Shown piece by piece: positions 60,897 to 64,000 of a stretch of DNA of 64,000 bases. A program made the position numbers and the translations under genes. The DNA lies in the NCBI GenBank assembly GCA_046116545.1, contig CP175956.1, forward strand, positions 1,025,734 through 1,089,733, written 5' to 3'. Source of the stretch: Candidatus Moraniibacteriota bacterium. Its GTDB lineage: Bacteria > Patescibacteriota > Minisyncoccia > Moranbacterales > GCA-2747515. How positions within the stretch are numbered: position 1 is the stretch's first letter; every line of letters starts with the position of its first letter. The notes under the pieces were generated by a model. The model saw nothing but the letters and a program-made list of their open reading frames with translations, did no database searches and was not told the origin of the DNA.

Positions 60897-61431
60897 TAAC
60901 TATACGCTCAACCAATGCGACTGGATCATCATCAATGATAATGGTAGCCTTGGTTTGTTTATCCGTTTCTCCTAATCCTGGAATAATCACATCATTAACA
61001 AATCCACCAGAATGATACAAAAGACCAATCACCTTTCCTTCACCCTCATCAACCATGAGGGTGAATTCATTCATCGTACCCCATCGTCCAGCAATAAAAA
61101 TACCAGCATCACATGTCCGTGTACAAATAAGATTTCTGCCCTTACATCCCATCCCTGTAAAACTAAGAATGTGTGGCAAAGTCGGAAATTCATACTTTTC
61201 TTCATGTTCTTTCCGATTCATTGCCGGAGAAAATCCAAGCACAGTTCCACCAAAATTGTCAGCTCCTACAGCCGCCTCATATGGCAAACCATAACACGCA
61301 CCTGTGCATAAAATATTACCCGATTCAGCAATTGTTTTACCAATGGTATATGCAGACTTTTTTTGTCTATCCATATTGTCACCACCAGCTGAACCAAAAA
61401 CTCCAATTTTAAAAGCTTGTCCTGCAACCAT
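60877..61431 (-). CDS. TIGR00725/LOG-like Rossmann-fold protein (SLOG/DprA-related family)
   Basis: KIGVFGSAGGD…GKTIAESGNILCTGACYGLPYEAAVGA…GIFIAGRWGTMNE pattern (GxGxxG…PGGxGTxxE-like). Confidence 0.55.
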   Translation of the reverse strand: MVAGQAFKIGVFGSAGGDNMDRQKKSAYTIGKTIAESGNILCTGACYGLPYEAAVGADNFGGTVLGFSPAMNRKEHEEKYEFPTLPHILSFTGMGCKGRNLICTRTCDAGIFIAGRWGTMNEFTLMVDEGEGKVIGLLYHSGGFVNDVIIPGLGETDKQTKATIIIDDDPVALVERIVNELSKQ

Positions 61432-61449
61432 AACAAATCTCCTTCATTA

Positions 61450-62019
61450 TTATTTCATTGCAAGTAACTCACTTTTTGTGAATATTGCATGCACATTATC
61501 ATAACCAGCTTTAGCCAATACCTCTTTACCACCCTCTTCGCGATCAACTATTAGAATGACTATACCAACCACAAGTCCACTTTTTTCTAATGCCTCTATA
61601 GCACGAATTAATGTTCCTGCGGTTGTTATAACATCATCCACCAATGCAACCATGTCACCGTCTTTGACAGACTGAGGTCTCTCAATTTGATTTCCTGCAC
61701 CATGATCATTTGTCTTTTTACGTACAATAATCTGTGCCAAATCAGTAGCAGTCTCATCCAGAGAACTAAGAACTGATATCGCATCCACAAGTGGAGTTGC
61801 ACCAACTGGTACACCTGCCACAGCTGATATGTTCAAACCAGACTCTTGTATCATTCTCAAAAAACACTGTCCAATAAGTACTGCACCCCTAGCTTCCAAA
61901 AACGTCTGCTTACCATTGATATAAAAATCAGACGTCTTGCCAGATGTTAATGTAAACTCACCTTTTCTATAAGAACGCTCCAAAAGCATCTTTCCTAACT
62001 CAGTTAACTGATTCTCCAT
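61450..62019 (-). CDS. pyrE: Orotate phosphoribosyltransferase
   Basis: ERSYRKGEFTLTSGKTSDFYINGKQ and the PRPP-binding motif MVALVDDVITTAGT. Confidence 0.85.
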   Translation of the reverse strand: MENQLTELGKMLLERSYRKGEFTLTSGKTSDFYINGKQTFLEARGAVLIGQCFLRMIQESGLNISAVAGVPVGATPLVDAISVLSSLDETATDLAQIIVRKKTNDHGAGNQIERPQSVKDGDMVALVDDVITTAGTLIRAIEALEKSGLVVGIVILIVDREEGGKEVLAKAGYDNVHAIFTKSELLAMK

Positions 62020-62176
62020 TTTTCCACTCCTGTTTTAATTGATGACTTTTTCAAAAAAGTCAGTTATGTGAACGAACTAAAAACTTAAGCATAACCCTAT
62101 CAAAAATTACACCAATTGTAAAATCAGAATTATAAAAAACGAACAAACTAATTTGTTCGTTTTTTATAACTTTTTA

Positions 62177-63193
62177 TTAAATCATCTCTCCATACAATAC
62201 TGCCATATCAACTAATCTGTTTGCATAACCCCATTCATTATCATACCATGCCACCACTTTAACTAGATTTCCACCAACTACTTTTGTAAGGGGTAAATCC
62301 ACTATTGTTGAATGATTATCTCCTATAAAATCACTTGATACTAACATCTCGTCTGTTACTCCAAGTATTCCTTTTAATTCTCCACTTGATGCTTCTAGAA
62401 ATGCATCATTAATTTCTTTTTCTGTCACATCTTTCTTTGTAACTATTGTTATATCTGAAATTGATGCATCTATTGTTGGAACTCTCATAGCCATTCCATC
62501 AAATTTATTTTCAAGTTGTGGCAATACAAGTGTAGCGGCAATCGCTGCTCCTGTTGTAGTTGGAATTATGTTTTGAGCTGCTGCACGAGATTTACGCAAA
62601 TCCTTATCTGGACCATCTTGTAATTTTTGAGTTGAAGTATACGAGTGAATTGTAGTCATAAGTGATTTTTCAACTCCAAATTTTTCATCCATCACCTTCA
62701 TAACTGGTGAAATACAGTTTGTTGTACAAGAAGCATTTGAAATCACATGAGTTGATTCATCTGTTGGTTCCAATACACCAAGTACAAACGTATCTACATC
62801 TCCATCGCCTTTTGCAGGTGCTGATAATACAACTCTTTTTGCTCCCGCATCAATATGACCATAAGCAGCACCATCTTTTACAAAAAATCCAGTACATTCC
62901 AAAACAACATCTACATCTCGCTCTCTCCAAGGTAACTTTACAGGTTCTGGTTCAGCTGTTGTGAAATATTTTTTACCATCAACTATTATATTTTCATCAT
63001 CAGATGTAACTTCTTTATTATATTTTCTAAACACACTATCATATTGCAACAGATGAGCTAAAGTTTTATTATCAGTTAAATCATTTATCGCTACAACTTC
63101 ACAATCCTCCCTATCTGACATAATACGAAATGCAGCTCGTCCAATACGACCAAATCCGTTTATGGCTATTTTTGTTTTTTTCATACTTTTCAT
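62177..63193 (-). CDS. gap: Glyceraldehyde-3-phosphate dehydrogenase (type I)
   Basis: KIAINGFGRIGRAAFR Rossmann motif and the active site SNASCTTNC. Confidence 0.9.
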   Translation of the reverse strand: MKSMKKTKIAINGFGRIGRAAFRIMSDREDCEVVAINDLTDNKTLAHLLQYDSVFRKYNKEVTSDDENIIVDGKKYFTTAEPEPVKLPWRERDVDVVLECTGFFVKDGAAYGHIDAGAKRVVLSAPAKGDGDVDTFVLGVLEPTDESTHVISNASCTTNCISPVMKVMDEKFGVEKSLMTTIHSYTSTQKLQDGPDKDLRKSRAAAQNIIPTTTGAAIAATLVLPQLENKFDGMAMRVPTIDASISDITIVTKKDVTEKEINDAFLEASSGELKGILGVTDEMLVSSDFIGDNHSTIVDLPLTKVVGGNLVKVVAWYDNEWGYANRLVDMAVLYGEMI

Positions 63194-63264
63194 TTTTAAA
63201 ATAATTATTTATATTAAAATTATCTCTAAACCTATACTTAAATATATATATTAAAGATAAATTT

Positions 63265-63990
63265 CTAATTAAGCATCCTAGCAATTTGCATAAATTTTGC
63301 TGGCGACAGACTAGCACCTCCAACTAATACTCCATCTGCATATGCTTTTGTGCAAAGTTCAGTTACATTTTCAGCTACAACACTTCCTCCATATAATATT
63401 CCTATACTTTCAGCACACTCTTTACTATGTGATGCTGAGATAATTGAACGAATATACATTATCATTGTATGAATTTCATCTGTTGTTGGAGTTTTACCAC
63501 TTCCTATTGCCCAAACTGGCTCATACGCAAATATTATATTTTCTATTTCCTCTTCAGAAAAATTCTTTGCTATCATTTCAACCTGTGCTTTCACACTCAC
63601 CATCTCATCATCACCATTATTCATAAATCCGACACAGACTATTGGCATAAGATCAACTCGCAAAGCCATGAGAACTTTTTTAGCAATATCCTCATTTGTT
63701 TCATGATTGTAAAGACGTCTTTCACTGTGACCAATGATTACAAATTCAGCTCCGATTGATTTAATTGTTTTTGGAGAAGTATTTCCAGTATAGCTGCCAT
63801 ACAACTCCCAAAAACAATCTTGAGCCCCAAGACCTGCATTAGTCTTTCCTAATATCTTAGCAAAACTTTCAAGATAAACAGTTGGTGGACAAATCACTAC
63901 ATGATTATTAGTTTTCAATGCCTTAAATTCTTCGACAAATTCTTCACAATAAGAATCTCGCTGAGAAATATTTTCCATATTCATTTTCAA
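63265..63990 (-). CDS. tpiA: Triosephosphate isomerase
   Basis: Motifs VICPP, IIGHSERR, AYEPVWAIGSGKT and ILYGGSV. Confidence 0.85.
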   Translation of the reverse strand: MKMNMENISQRDSYCEEFVEEFKALKTNNHVVICPPTVYLESFAKILGKTNAGLGAQDCFWELYGSYTGNTSPKTIKSIGAEFVIIGHSERRLYNHETNEDIAKKVLMALRVDLMPIVCVGFMNNGDDEMVSVKAQVEMIAKNFSEEEIENIIFAYEPVWAIGSGKTPTTDEIHTMIMYIRSIISASHSKECAESIGILYGGSVVAENVTELCTKAYADGVLVGGASLSPAKFMQIARMLN

Positions 63991-64000
63991 GTTTCCTACA

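Overview
This window is AT-rich (roughly one-third GC by eye), gene-dense and uses the standard genetic code, since very long ORFs are intact. The content suggests a small-genome bacterium of the Patescibacteria/CPR type: many FtsX/MacB-type ABC efflux components, giant Thr/Asn/Asp-rich surface proteins, an rRNA gene carrying an insertion, and a minimal set of metabolic genes. This taxonomic guess is an inference, not a database result.

Confident housekeeping calls:
- recG, valS, tsaD, mnmA, a dus-family gene, rpmB plus an unlisted rpmG
- malic enzyme, type-2 pyrF, pyrE, gap, tpiA
- an Hsp20 chaperone, RmuC, an ECF sigma factor and a MarR regulator
- tRNA-Glu(UUC), tRNA-Arg(UCU) and tRNA-Lys(CUU)
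- a minus-strand 23S–5S rRNA unit with no 16S gene within about 5 kb upstream of the 23S 5' end (the opposite side runs off the window)

Envelope and accessory content:
- Two tripartite HlyD–ABC–FtsX efflux operons. One has two different permeases and an internal 93-nt hairpin, and a MarR gene is transcribed divergently from the other operon.
- A GT4 glycosyltransferase, an alpha/beta hydrolase, a DedA protein and a lytic transglycosylase with LysM repeats.
- A polysaccharide cluster: an O-antigen-ligase-like protein with TPR repeats, a DUF192 protein, a WecA/MraY-family transferase, a processive GT2 with the QxxRW motif, and a small membrane partner.

The most striking feature is a three-member family of Sec-signal-bearing surface proteins (4800..6509, 28516..31230, 52305..55013, all on the minus strand).
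- Their C-terminal ~285 aa are virtually identical at the protein level and roughly 90–99% identical at the nucleotide level.
- Their N-terminal modules are swapped: a lectin-like beta-sandwich in one, and seven-bladed FG-GAP propellers plus an Fn3 domain in the other two.
- Two of the three share an upstream 15-mer at identical spacing.
- This pattern suggests 3'-anchored gene conversion or cassette-style variation of a host-attachment protein, built on a candidate uncharacterised cell-surface anchoring domain.

Other notable items:
- a ~325-nt AT-rich insertion in the 23S gene at the loop equivalent to E. coli helix 79
- a cluster of perfect palindromes between surface paralog 3 and the rRNA terminator
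- a frameshifted MscS remnant next to two tRNA genes
- an 80-aa protein with 10 cysteines
- an unusual Fn3 / Cys-His motif / CarboxypepD_reg membrane protein

No transposase, integrase or CRISPR array was seen.
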